From assembly GCA_963666735.1 (NCBI GenBank), contig OY762926.1:2272001-2336000 (forward strand): DNA of 64,000 nucleotides, written 5' to 3'. Shown here piece by piece: positions 9,187 to 17,893 of the stretch. The DNA is from Gemmatimonadota bacterium (lineage in GTDB: Bacteria; Gemmatimonadota; Gemmatimonadetes; Palauibacterales; Palauibacteraceae). Both the position numbers and the translations under genes were made by a program. A model generated the notes under the pieces. That model was not told the DNA's origin. It did no database searches and saw only the letters and a program-made list of their open reading frames with translations. Numbering within the stretch: position 1 is the stretch's first letter; every line of letters begins with the position of its first letter.

Positions 9187-9912
9187 ATGTCATCCATGCC
9201 CGGCTGGTCGCGGAGGCGGTTTCTGGGGAGCGGGTCGGCGGCCGCGGCGGTCGCCGCTGTTTGGGGATGCGCGCCGGACGAGGGAACGCGGGTGGGCGGA
9301 GGTAGGCCCCCGGCGCCGCTCGCCGGCCCTCGCCGTTTGCTTGCGGAGCCGGGGCCGATGCTGCCGCCCGTCCCGGCGATCCTGCTCACCGTGAACGGCC
9401 GACCCGGCGACCCCGACGAGATCTCGGTGCTGTGGACGTTCGTCGTGAGCGGCAACCCGCCCCAGATCGGGGTGAGCGCGGCCTTCGAGCATCAGGCGAG
9501 GGAACTCCTGGAGATTCACGACGAGTTTGTGCTGAACGTCCCGCTCGCGTCGATGGTCGAGGCGTTCGACACTGTCGACATGAACTCCGGAAGGGTAGCC
9601 GACAAGTTCGAACTCTCGGGTCTGACGCGGGGCGCCGCGACCTCGGTCGATGCGCCCACGGTGGAGGAGTCTCCCATCCACTGCGAGTGTCGGATGATCG
9701 ACTCGATCGAGATGCCGCCCGAGCGGAAACTTTTCTTCGCGGAGGTCGTGGCCACGACCGTCATGGAGGGCGCGGTCGACGACGCCGGTCGCCTGATCGT
9801 GCCCGATGTGGACTTCTTCGGGATGACCGCCGGGAGCGGCGAGCACTACACGATGGGCCGACGGGTCGGCAACATCGGAATGACGGCCGACCGGACCGAC
9901 ATCAAGTACTGA
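9187..9912 (+). CDS. Flavin reductase-like protein with Tat lipoprotein signal
   Basis: SRRRFL...WGC signal; EFVLNVP, DKFELSGLT, APTVEESPIHCEC. Confidence 0.8.
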   Translation: MSSMPGWSRRRFLGSGSAAAAVAAVWGCAPDEGTRVGGGRPPAPLAGPRRLLAEPGPMLPPVPAILLTVNGRPGDPDEISVLWTFVVSGNPPQIGVSAAFEHQARELLEIHDEFVLNVPLASMVEAFDTVDMNSGRVADKFELSGLTRGAATSVDAPTVEESPIHCECRMIDSIEMPPERKLFFAEVVATTVMEGAVDDAGRLIVPDVDFFGMTAGSGEHYTMGRRVGNIGMTADRTDIKY

Positions 9913-10037
9913 CGCCCTACCCGGTGCAACGCATCACTGGCACCCGCCCTATTCGGCGCGTCCCCCCCGACCCTTCGTCTGCGGAGCCGAGCCAGCCCCG
10001 TAGGCGGATCGCTAACGGTCAACATCACGGCAGGAGA

Positions 10038-10208
10038 TCACGTAAGTCTAACTTTAGTCTTCGCGTCGAACGCCTCCCAAAGGAGTATCCGCACTTCCGC
10101 CGGCAGCTCTCCCAGCGCAGGGCGACTGGGAAGCTCCTCCAAGCCCTGAGCTTGCCGGAACGTGACCTTGCGTGGATCGGGAAGCCGATCGCGGCTAGTC
10201 ATCGGCAT
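10038..10208 (-). pseudogene. N-terminal fragment resembling AbiJ-NTD-type proteins
   Basis: TFRQAQGLEELP..ALGELP.EVR.LLW resembles this N-terminus from memory; truncated. Confidence 0.4.
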
Positions 10209-10308
10209 GAACGAAGAAATGTCGTGCGGCCCATTTGTCGCGCCGCCTCTCCGGTCCCGCGCTACCGGACGCGATGATGAAGCACCGATCAAGGCTTCCC
10301 CGCCCTGG

Positions 10309-10447
10309 CTCCTTAATCAGAAACCCCGCCATCACCGTCTTGCCCTCGCCCGGATCGTCGGCCAGCACGAACCGGAGCCGGCTGGCGCTCGAGCATCGCG
10401 TCGTACACCGCTTCCAACGGGCGCGGGAGCGGCTCTAGACTAGCAGC
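10309..10447 (-). pseudogene. Fragment of a SNF2-family helicase (motif I region)
   Basis: Manual translation: [20 protein letters not shown][frameshift][23 protein letters not shown]. Confidence 0.8.
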
Positions 10448-10488
10448 TAGCTGAGCTGGCGAAATGCCGGGAACGATGCGCTCGAACT

Positions 10489-10881
10489 TCACCGACCGGT
10501 GCCGGCTCCTTCGCTCGCCGCGCCGGTCAGGGAGACGTCGAGCCGGACCTGATCGTACGGCACGCTCGCGACCAGCCTGCCGCGCTCGCCCCGCCGCAGT
10601 TCCACCAGCCCGTATTGCGACATCGTCTTCAGCGTCCTCGAGAGGTTCGACTTGCTCCGCCCGGCCATCTCCGCAAGCTCCGTGAGCGAACGCGGATGCT
10701 CCCGCGCGATCAACTCCAAGAGACGCCGGTTATGCTCCGACAGCAACTTGGCGAAGCTGTCGAGCGAGGTGAACCACACCTTGGGCTCGCCCCGTCCTGG
10801 CGTGTGTTCGCCACGGGCGATCGCCAGCGTCCGAGCCTTCATCCGGTCGTAGCGCGCGATCCCGATCGTCAACGTCTTCAT
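10489..10881 (-). CDS. HTH antitoxin/regulator (HVO_A0114-like, partner of DUF6516 toxins)
   Basis: MKTLTIGIA...KVWFTSLDSFAKLLS, SLTELAEMAGRSKSNLSRTLK HTH. Confidence 0.8.
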   Translation of the reverse strand: MKTLTIGIARYDRMKARTLAIARGEHTPGRGEPKVWFTSLDSFAKLLSEHNRRLLELIAREHPRSLTELAEMAGRSKSNLSRTLKTMSQYGLVELRRGERGRLVASVPYDQVRLDVSLTGAASEGAGTGR

Positions 10882-11248
10882 GGCATCGATCCCCTTCCCT
10901 GAGCACGTGGTCCACTTCCTTCCAGAAATCTTCGAGGAGCGTGGCGGCGTCCTCATACTCATACGGCCGGACTGTGCGCAGACGGTGCCGGTGGTCCCGC
11001 TCCGGCCTTCGCCCGCCGCCCGGGCCTCGCCGCTCCCGCACCGGGTGCGCGTTGTCGAATCCGACCAGCCTCGAACCGTCCGGCGCGTGCAGCGTCAGCG
11101 AGTAGCTGAGGCCGTGCGGACGCTCGGGCGTCGGCTCCGCCCGCACCACGACGAACTTCACCCAGTGCCCGGCGTCGTCCACGAACAGCGTCTCGCCGTG
11201 CAGCCCGAGCAGCGTGTCCAGTCCCGGATCCCGGTACGGTCTTGTCAT
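10730..11248 (-). CDS. DUF6516 (TumE-like) toxin; probable frameshift near the C-terminus extends it into the antitoxin
   Basis: RPHGLSYSLTLH, RLVGFDNAH, DHRH, LLEDFW; the expected ATGA-overlap stop at 10878-10880 is out of frame. Confidence 0.72.
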   Translation of the reverse strand: MTRPYRDPGLDTLLGLHGETLFVDDAGHWVKFVVVRAEPTPERPHGLSYSLTLHAPDGSRLVGFDNAHPVRERRGPGGGRRPERDHRHRLRTVRPYEYEDAATLLEDFWKEVDHVLREGDRCHEDVDDRDRALRPDEGSDAGDRPWRTHARTGRAQGVVHLARQLRQVAVGA

Positions 11249-11257
11249 CCCCTAATG

Positions 11258-11274
11258 TTATCATAGACTGATAA
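11258..11274. promoter_or_regulatory. Inverted repeat TTATCA-N5-TGATAA, likely TA autoregulatory operator
   Basis: About 10 bp upstream of the toxin ATG in an AT-rich patch. Confidence 0.55.
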
Positions 11275-11465
11275 ACAGGAGCAAGGCCACGAGGGGGTTC
11301 CGAGGCTAGGCGGTCCCGCCCGGCGCGGACGCGAGGCCGCAAGGTTCGAGCTTCCGAGCAGCACGGGAGTCGAAACCGATCGCCGGTCCGGTCCGTAGGA
11401 TGCCGTCCTTGGGGAATCGAAGCGTGAAGGGTCGCGCGACCATCGAGGCGAAACGCCCCGAAGGC

Positions 11466-11871
11466 TCACCGCGAGCCCATGGTCCCGCGTCTCGAACAGG
11501 AAGGGGAGATCGAATATCTGCGTCTCGGGAACCCAGCCCGAGAGCACCGGGGTGCCCGTGATCGCCATGTGCACCGCGCCGACCTGGATCTGCTCGAAGG
11601 CCACCCTCTCGCCCCCAAGCTGTCCCGACGGATAGATGACGACCCGGAACCGTCCGCCCGTGCGCTCCAGCATGAGGTCCCGGAACCGCTCCGCCATGAG
11701 GTGGAACTCCGACCCGGTCGATAGCACATGGGAAAAGCGAACCTCCCAGGTGGACGACTCGGCGGGCGGGACGGAATCGGCCGACCCGGGCCCGCGGCAC
11801 GCAGCCAGCAGGAGCGTTGCGACCGCCACCACGCCAAACCGGGTCCCGACCCGCGGCGCGGCCGCGTTCAC
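11466..11871 (-). pseudogene. Truncated TRAP substrate-binding protein (DctP)
   Basis: Lipobox LAAC, FSH, IYPSGQLGGER, FDLPFLF; similarity stops after about 135 aa; no dctQ/M nearby. Confidence 0.8.
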
Positions 11872-12055
11872 GAACCGTCGACCCTTGGCGCAACACACTT
11901 CCGCCCCACTCTCACTCCTCGGTCAGTGGCACACCTTCCACCATGGCAGTGTGGTGGCCGGGAACGACATACACGAACGAAGCAACGCCCGCGGCGGGCT
12001 GGAGGGCCATCGCGAAGCCGCCGTCCCTCTCTGCATGGACTCGCCTTTCCACTCG

Positions 12056-12820
12056 TCAGGCGCCCCAGATCGTCTGGCCGCCGTCGATGAACAGAGACGC
12101 GCCCGTCACGAGGCGTGCCTCTTCGTTCGACGCGAGGTATACGACGGCCCCCACCACGTCGTCCGGCGCACCGATCTTGCCGAGCGGGATGCGGGCGAGG
12201 CGCCGCTTGCGGAATTCGGCTTGAGCGATGTCGGCGCGGTTCAGGTCGGTTTCGATCAGACCCGGGGCGACGGCGTTCACCCGGATCCCGTGGGGCGCGA
12301 GTTCGAGCGCCATTTGCTTCGTGAGCATATCGACCCCCGCCTTCGACACGCAGTAGTGGGTGAGGTTCGGGGCGGCCACCGCCTGCCCGGCGGATGACAC
12401 GTTGACGATCGCGCCCCCCGTCCCGGCCTCGACCATGCGGCGCCCCACCGCCTGCCCGACCAGGAAGTAGCCCTTCAGATTCACGCTCTGAATGTCGTCC
12501 CACTCCTCCTCGTCGATCTCGAGGAAGGGCGTTCGCTTCAGGATCCCTGCGTTGTTCACGAGGATGTCGAGGCCGTCCAGGAAGTCGCGCGCCCCGGCGA
12601 CGAAGCGCACGACATCCGATCGGGAGTCCGTGGAGCCCCGCACGGCGACCGCGCGGCGTCCCATCTCTTCGATCTCACGGACGGCGCTCGCGGCATCTTC
12701 ACGACTCTGCCGGTAGTTGACCGCCACGTCCGCACCCTCGCGCGCCAGCCCCAGGGCGATGCCGCGACCGATGCTCCGAGAGCCGCCGGTGACCAGAGCA
12801 CGCTTGCCTTCAAGACGCAT
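12056..12820 (-). CDS. SDR family oxidoreductase
   Basis: TGGSRSIG, NNAG, NVSS, YCVSK, VNAVAPG. Confidence 0.92.
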   Translation of the reverse strand: MRLEGKRALVTGGSRSIGRGIALGLAREGADVAVNYRQSREDAASAVREIEEMGRRAVAVRGSTDSRSDVVRFVAGARDFLDGLDILVNNAGILKRTPFLEIDEEEWDDIQSVNLKGYFLVGQAVGRRMVEAGTGGAIVNVSSAGQAVAAPNLTHYCVSKAGVDMLTKQMALELAPHGIRVNAVAPGLIETDLNRADIAQAEFRKRRLARIPLGKIGAPDDVVGAVVYLASNEEARLVTGASLFIDGGQTIWGA

Positions 12821-13019
12821 GGAGAGCCTCCCGGCCGATGGTCACGAGAGCGCCGGGAACGCTGCCTCCGCCTCGGCCCCGAAGGCGAGATCTCGGAGCG
12901 GCTGGATCGCAGCAACGCTTCAATATCCGCCGTGGTGCAGTTCCCCCGCCGGATCCAGATGAATGTACGGCGCCGCCCCCTGCTTGCGCGACAGACAGCA
13001 AATCGAGGCCCCCATCTAC

Positions 13020-13151
13020 TTCATGATGTGAAATCGCGGCGTCGGTCGCTCGTGCGAGTCCGACATCCCGGACGTGGGTGGATTCCGGAAACACATCCGA
13101 TAAGCCAGCGACGAGACGCGGGGACAAGTTCTCGTCGAAGAGGAGTTTCAC
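13020..13151 (-). pseudogene. Truncated DUF5615 PIN-like toxin
   Basis: MKLLFDENLS...HVRDVGL..ATDAAI then loses the expected IVTKD.DF region. Confidence 0.75.
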
Positions 13152-13375
13152 CCGGGCGGAATCGAAACGAGCCTGCGCTCACGCTCCGCCGCAAAGGCCA
13201 GCGCCGCCCGGATGTCGTCGCGCTCCAAGTCCGGAAAATCCGCCAGGATTTCCGCTTCCGTCATCCCTGACGCCAGGTATTCAAGGATATCGTACACCGT
13301 GATCCGGAGCCCCCGGATGCACGGCTTCCCTCCTCTCTTCTCCGGCTCGAGCGTAATTTGGTCCGAAAGGTTCAT
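13148..13375 (-). CDS. DUF433 antitoxin
   Basis: GGKPCIRGLRITV.DIL, EILADFPDL..DDIRAAL; GTGA overlap with the toxin. Confidence 0.92.
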   Translation of the reverse strand: MNLSDQITLEPEKRGGKPCIRGLRITVYDILEYLASGMTEAEILADFPDLERDDIRAALAFAAERERRLVSIPPG

Positions 13376-13553
13376 GCCCCAGAATATCCCCAGGCCTCAT
13401 CGAGGGGTCAAATCTTGCCGCCTGGCATGGCTCGCCGCGATGACCATCGAGCCAACCTCATTCCGCAGCCCGCTGACCATCTCTACGTTCACGGCGGTGG
13501 GGTGGCGATAGCTTGGTGTTCGGTGTGACACGTTCTCTCTCGCGGAGCGATCC

Positions 13554-15134
13554 ATGAGGTCCTCGGTTCGAGTCGGACTCGCCTGTTCGTTTGCATTTCT
13601 GTCCACCCAAGCCGTGTCCGCCCAGTCGTTTCCGTCCGACGATCCGGTCATTCGGGCGATCTGGGAGGAGGGCGTCGAGCGCTCGCAGGTCTACGAACTC
13701 GGCCAAGTCATGATGGACTCGATCGGGCCGCGCCTCACCGGCTCGCCCGCCATGGCCGACGCCAACGACTGGGCGCTGGCGAAGTACGCGGAGTGGGGCA
13801 TCGAGGCGTACAAGGAGCAGTACGGCACATGGCGCGGGTGGGAGCGCGGGATCACCCACATCGATCTCGTCTCGCCGCGGGTCAGGTCGCTGGAGGGCGT
13901 GGCCGCCGCATGGAGTCCCGCCACGGACGGACCCGTCGAGGCGGAGGTCGTGATTCTGGCAGACGCGGGCGGCCCCGACGCGTTCCAGGCATGGCTGCCT
14001 GAGGCGCAAGACAAGTTCGTCCTCATCTCCCGACCGGAGGCGAGTTGCCGTCCGCGGGAGAACCTTGAGCAGTTCTCCCGGCCCGAGACGCGGACCCGCA
14101 TGACGGAGGAGCGCGAGCGGGCGGTCGCGGCGTGGCGCGAGCGGGAGGAGAACACGGGGGTCGGCCGGCGCGCCCTGCCCGAAGCGCTCGACGACGCCGG
14201 AGCCGCCGGAGTCATCCGCTCGCAGTGGTCGGAGGGCTGGGGCGTGAACAAGATCTTCGGCACCGGGAACGAGCGGGCCCCGTTGCTCGACCTGAGTTGC
14301 GAGGCGTACGGGCTCCTCTACCGGTTGGCCGAGAACGGTCAGGGGCCGGTCCTGCGCGTCGACGCCCGGGCCCGCTTCCTCGGCGAGGTGCCGGTCTTCA
14401 ACGCCTTCGCCGTGATCCCCGGCAGCGCCGAGCCGGAGGAGTACGTGATCCTCGGAGGCCACTACGACTCGTGGGATGGTTCGGACGGCGCGCTCGACAA
14501 CGGCACCGGCGCGGTCGCGATCATGGAGGCGATGCGGATCCTGAAGCACGCCGCCCCGAACCCCCGCCGCACGATCATCGGCGCCCTTTGGAACGGCGAG
14601 GAGCAGGGCCTGAACGGGTCACGCGCCTTCGTCGAGGACCATCCCGAGATTCTCGAGCGCACTCACACCGTGTTCAACATCGATCACGGGAACGGGCCCG
14701 TCACCTTCATTCCCATGCAGGGCTTCGCCGCGGCCGGCGGGCGCTTCGGCGACTGGCTCGCGCAGATCCCGAGCGAACTCGCGGACCTCGTCACCCTCGA
14801 GATCCCCGGGATGCCCGAATCCGGCGGGACCGACCACGCCTCCTTCCTCTGCGCCGGAGTCCCGGCCTTCAGCTTCCACGTGGGCCCCGGCCGCAGCGCC
14901 ATGAACATCGCCGACAACCGCTGGGACACGAGCACCTACACCTGGCACACCAACCGGGACTCCTTCGACAAGATCATCTTCGAGGACCTGCGCGACGACG
15001 CGGTGATGACCGCGATGTTCGCCTACCTGGCCTCCGAGGACCCGGAGCCGATGCCCCGCGACCGGCGCGCCATGCCCGACGGTTCGCAGTGGCCCGACTG
15101 CCGCCCCCCGGCGCGGAGTTCTGGCTCCCCCTGA
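13554..15134 (+). CDS. Secreted M28 family metallopeptidase (carboxypeptidase Q-like)
   Basis: Signal peptide; IGPRLTGS, GGHYDSW, GALDNGTG, GEEQGL, GTDH. Confidence 0.9.
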   Translation: MRSSVRVGLACSFAFLSTQAVSAQSFPSDDPVIRAIWEEGVERSQVYELGQVMMDSIGPRLTGSPAMADANDWALAKYAEWGIEAYKEQYGTWRGWERGITHIDLVSPRVRSLEGVAAAWSPATDGPVEAEVVILADAGGPDAFQAWLPEAQDKFVLISRPEASCRPRENLEQFSRPETRTRMTEERERAVAAWREREENTGVGRRALPEALDDAGAAGVIRSQWSEGWGVNKIFGTGNERAPLLDLSCEAYGLLYRLAENGQGPVLRVDARARFLGEVPVFNAFAVIPGSAEPEEYVILGGHYDSWDGSDGALDNGTGAVAIMEAMRILKHAAPNPRRTIIGALWNGEEQGLNGSRAFVEDHPEILERTHTVFNIDHGNGPVTFIPMQGFAAAGGRFGDWLAQIPSELADLVTLEIPGMPESGGTDHASFLCAGVPAFSFHVGPGRSAMNIADNRWDTSTYTWHTNRDSFDKIIFEDLRDDAVMTAMFAYLASEDPEPMPRDRRAMPDGSQWPDCRPPARSSGSP

Positions 15135-15157
15135 CCCTCCGCCGCCTGCCACGACGA

Positions 15158-15254
15158 GATACTAAATCTTGTTGAATTAGTACATCAGTAGTAGGTTGCG
15201 TACTCCTGGAGGGGGTGGCACGAGACCCGATACTAATTTGACACGAATTGGTAC
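15158..15254. promoter_or_regulatory. Two copies of an imperfect dyad GATACTAA-N8-GAATTRGTAC upstream of the Fic gene
   Basis: 15158-15183 and 15229-15254 share 18/26 nt; the second overlaps TTGACA at 15238-15243. Confidence 0.6.
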
Positions 15255-15278
15255 GTTGTTAGTACCTGGAGCGTAATT

Positions 15279-16616
15279 TTGGTCAAGATCCCCGTATCCG
15301 GGCCGACCCTCCGGGATCTTCTGCACGACCGGGATCTCGTGTCCGAGCTCCGACGCATTCTCACGTCGGGGGCCGGGCCCGAGGTGAACGGCCGCTACTA
15401 TCATTGGGACAAGCTGCGGCATCTGGATCCCCCAGCCGGTCTCACCACCCGCGAATGGTGGCTCGCGCTCAAGTTCGCCCGGGCCTCACTCGCCAAGCCG
15501 ATCGCCCTCCTGGACAAAACCGGCGCACCGTTCACGTTTTCGATGACGGATACCGTGTTCCAAGCCATCCACCGGATCGACCGGGACGCGAGCGGAAAGA
15601 TCGAGATCAGCGAGCAGGTCACGAGCCCGGAAACGCGAGACCGGTACATCATCAGTTCCCTGATGCAGGAGGCCATCGCTTCCAGTCAGCTCGAGGGCGC
15701 GGTCACAACGATCGAGAAGGCCAAGGACATGATCAGGACCGGCCGAAAGCCGTCCGATCAGAGTGAGCAGATGGTCCTCAACAACTACTTGGCAATGCGC
15801 GGCGTACGGCAGTTCACGCACGAACGGCTGACGCCCGAGAGAATTTTCGAACTCCAGAAAATCGTTACCGCCGACACGCTCGACGACCCGGACGCGGCCG
15901 GCCGGTTGCGGCGACGGGAGGACGATGTCGTTGTGAGCGACTTCGATGGCGAGATTCTCCACCGCCCGCCGGACGCCTCCGAGCTGGAGGAACGCCTCGA
16001 TCGGATGTGCGCGTTCGCCAACGGGGAGGATGGGGACGCCTTCGTTCACCCGGTGGTCCGCGCCGTCCTTCTTCACTTCTGGGTCGGGTACGATCACCCG
16101 TTCGTCGATGGCAACGGCCGGACGGCCAGGGCACTCTTCTACTGGTCCATGCTGTCGCAGGGTTACTGGCTTTGCGAGTACATCTCGATTTCGACGCTTC
16201 TCCGCTCGCAACCGGCCAAATACGCTCGATCCTACCTGCATACCGAGACCGACGAGAACGACCTGACCTATTTCCTGCTCCACCAGCTAGGCATCATCCG
16301 ACGGGCGATTGACGAACTGCATGTCCACCTCGACGGGAAGATGGAAGAGGTTCGGCGCGTCGAGGCCCTCCTGCGACAGGCGGTGGTTCTCAACCATCGA
16401 CAGCTTGCGCTCCTGGGCCACTCTCTGAAGCACCCCAACAGCCGCTACTCGATCCGGTCTCATCGGAGCAGTCACAACGTGGTCTACCAGACCGCTCGCA
16501 CGGATCTGCTGGATCTCACCGATCGAGGGCTCCTAATGAGACGAAGGGTGGGCCAGACGTTCTACTTCTACCCGAAGCGGGATCTCGCCGAACGCCTGAA
16601 GCGCCTCGAGGCCTGA
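15279..16616 (+). CDS. Fic family protein with C-terminal wHTH
   Basis: SSQLEG inhibitory-type motif, HPFVDGNGRTAR, YQTARTDLLDL. Confidence 0.92.
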   Translation: MVKIPVSGPTLRDLLHDRDLVSELRRILTSGAGPEVNGRYYHWDKLRHLDPPAGLTTREWWLALKFARASLAKPIALLDKTGAPFTFSMTDTVFQAIHRIDRDASGKIEISEQVTSPETRDRYIISSLMQEAIASSQLEGAVTTIEKAKDMIRTGRKPSDQSEQMVLNNYLAMRGVRQFTHERLTPERIFELQKIVTADTLDDPDAAGRLRRREDDVVVSDFDGEILHRPPDASELEERLDRMCAFANGEDGDAFVHPVVRAVLLHFWVGYDHPFVDGNGRTARALFYWSMLSQGYWLCEYISISTLLRSQPAKYARSYLHTETDENDLTYFLLHQLGIIRRAIDELHVHLDGKMEEVRRVEALLRQAVVLNHRQLALLGHSLKHPNSRYSIRSHRSSHNVVYQTARTDLLDLTDRGLLMRRRVGQTFYFYPKRDLAERLKRLEA

Positions 16617-16637
16617 TCCCGTGGGGCGGGCGCCCCG

Positions 16638-17108
16638 TCAGCGGACCGGTCTCGCCTCCGCGTCGAGGTTCAGGGACCAGTTGTTCCACTTGCGATCCGG
16701 CGAGGCGCCCAGGGATCGGTAGAAGCCCTCGGCCGCGCGGTTCCCGCCCATGACCGTCCAGATCAGTTCGGCCGCATCAATGGACCTGGCGTGTGAGACT
16801 ACGGCCGCCATCAGAGCCCTCCCAGCTCCCGTGTTTCGCGCCGACTCTTCAACGAACAGTTCCTTGAGCACGACCCTGGGCCGAAGCGTGTAGGTCCAGG
16901 AAATCGTGTAGACCACGGCCATCCCGACGAGATCATCATCCTGCTCGGCCACAAACGCGACGAAGAGACGATCGTCTCCGAAGCCATGCTCGAGGACGCT
17001 CTCCCGCGTCACCACGAAGTCGTCGATGTACTCCTCGAACCGCGCGAGCCCCCGCATCAACTCCAGCAACCGATCCACATCTCTTGGCTCAGCCAGCCTG
17101 ACGCGCAT
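16638..17108 (-). CDS. GNAT N-acetyltransferase
   Basis: LARFE, ELFVEESARNTGAG, N..AEGFYRSLG. Confidence 0.88.
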   Translation of the reverse strand: MRVRLAEPRDVDRLLELMRGLARFEEYIDDFVVTRESVLEHGFGDDRLFVAFVAEQDDDLVGMAVVYTISWTYTLRPRVVLKELFVEESARNTGAGRALMAAVVSHARSIDAAELIWTVMGGNRAAEGFYRSLGASPDRKWNNWSLNLDAEARPVR

Positions 17109-17346
17109 GCGATGGGACTCCGTGCTTGAGGAAAGCGTTGAAGCAAGTCGACCGCCCGCAGCTTGACCGCCCGGCAGATCCGCCTCGGCGAGCGGGCGAA
17201 GCCCCCGCGAGCACACCGACAACCCTACCCGGCACTTGTGCCCAAAAAAAGGAGTGCCCTGGAGAATTTGGCCAGCGAAGGGGCGACAGCCCCGAAGCGC
17301 GCGAATTCTCGCGGGCGCAGTTTCGACTTCCGAAGGAAGGAGAGAA

Positions 17347-17420
17347 TGCGCCCGGGAGAATTCGAATCCCCAACCTCCTGATCCGTAGTCAGGTGCTCTA
17401 TCCAGTTGAGCTACGGGCGC
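17347..17420 (-). tRNA. tRNA-Arg(ACG)
   Basis: Cloverleaf GCGCCCG...CTGA-CT-ACG-GA-TCAG...TTCGAA; no encoded CCA. Confidence 0.97.
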
Positions 17421-17465
17421 TCGATGCATCATGTGTGCGGAATCGGGAGATCCCGCGGTCCTGCA

Positions 17466-17551
17466 TGCCCAGGAGAGGATTCGAACCTCCACGTCCGTAA
17501 AAGGACACTAGCCCCTCAAGCTAGCGCGTCTGCCAGTTCCGCCACCTGGGC
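17466..17551 (-). tRNA. tRNA-Leu(GAG)
   Basis: CTAGC-TT-GAG-GG-GCTAG, long variable arm. Confidence 0.97.
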
Positions 17552-17557
17552 CGGTGA

Positions 17558-17643
17558 TGCTCGGGGGGGGAGTCGAACCCCCACGGGATGTTAATCCCAC
17601 AGGATCCTGAATCCTGCGCGTCTGCCAGTTCCGCCACCCGAGC
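17558..17643 (-). tRNA. tRNA-Leu(CAG)
   Basis: CAGGA-TT-CAG-GA-TCCTG, long variable arm. Confidence 0.97.
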
Positions 17644-17715
17644 CTGCGCCCCTGAACCCTCGGGTCCGGGGAGTCGCCTCCCACGAACCGGTGCTGCCGG
17701 CCCGGCCGGGACGAG

Positions 17716-17790
17716 TGCGCCCGACAGGATTCGAACCTGTGACCTCTTGCTCCGGAGGCAAGCGCTCTATCCAGGCTGAGCTACGGGCGC
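17716..17790 (-). tRNA. tRNA-Arg(CCG)
   Basis: CTTGC-CT-CCG-GA-GCAAG. Confidence 0.97.
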
Positions 17791-17893
17791 AGACACGAAA
17801 CGCGCCGCCGGAAGAGGCGACGCGCCGTGGACGCAATCTAACCGGCCCGGCCCCCAACGTCCACCTGCCGTCGGGGGCCGACCGCGATTCGGT

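Noticed and set aside
13151..13167. cccgggcggaatcgaa resembling a duplicated tRNA 3' end (att site)
   Set aside because: Only a partial match to tRNA-Arg(ACG), lies in DUF433 coding sequence, and no integrase is present
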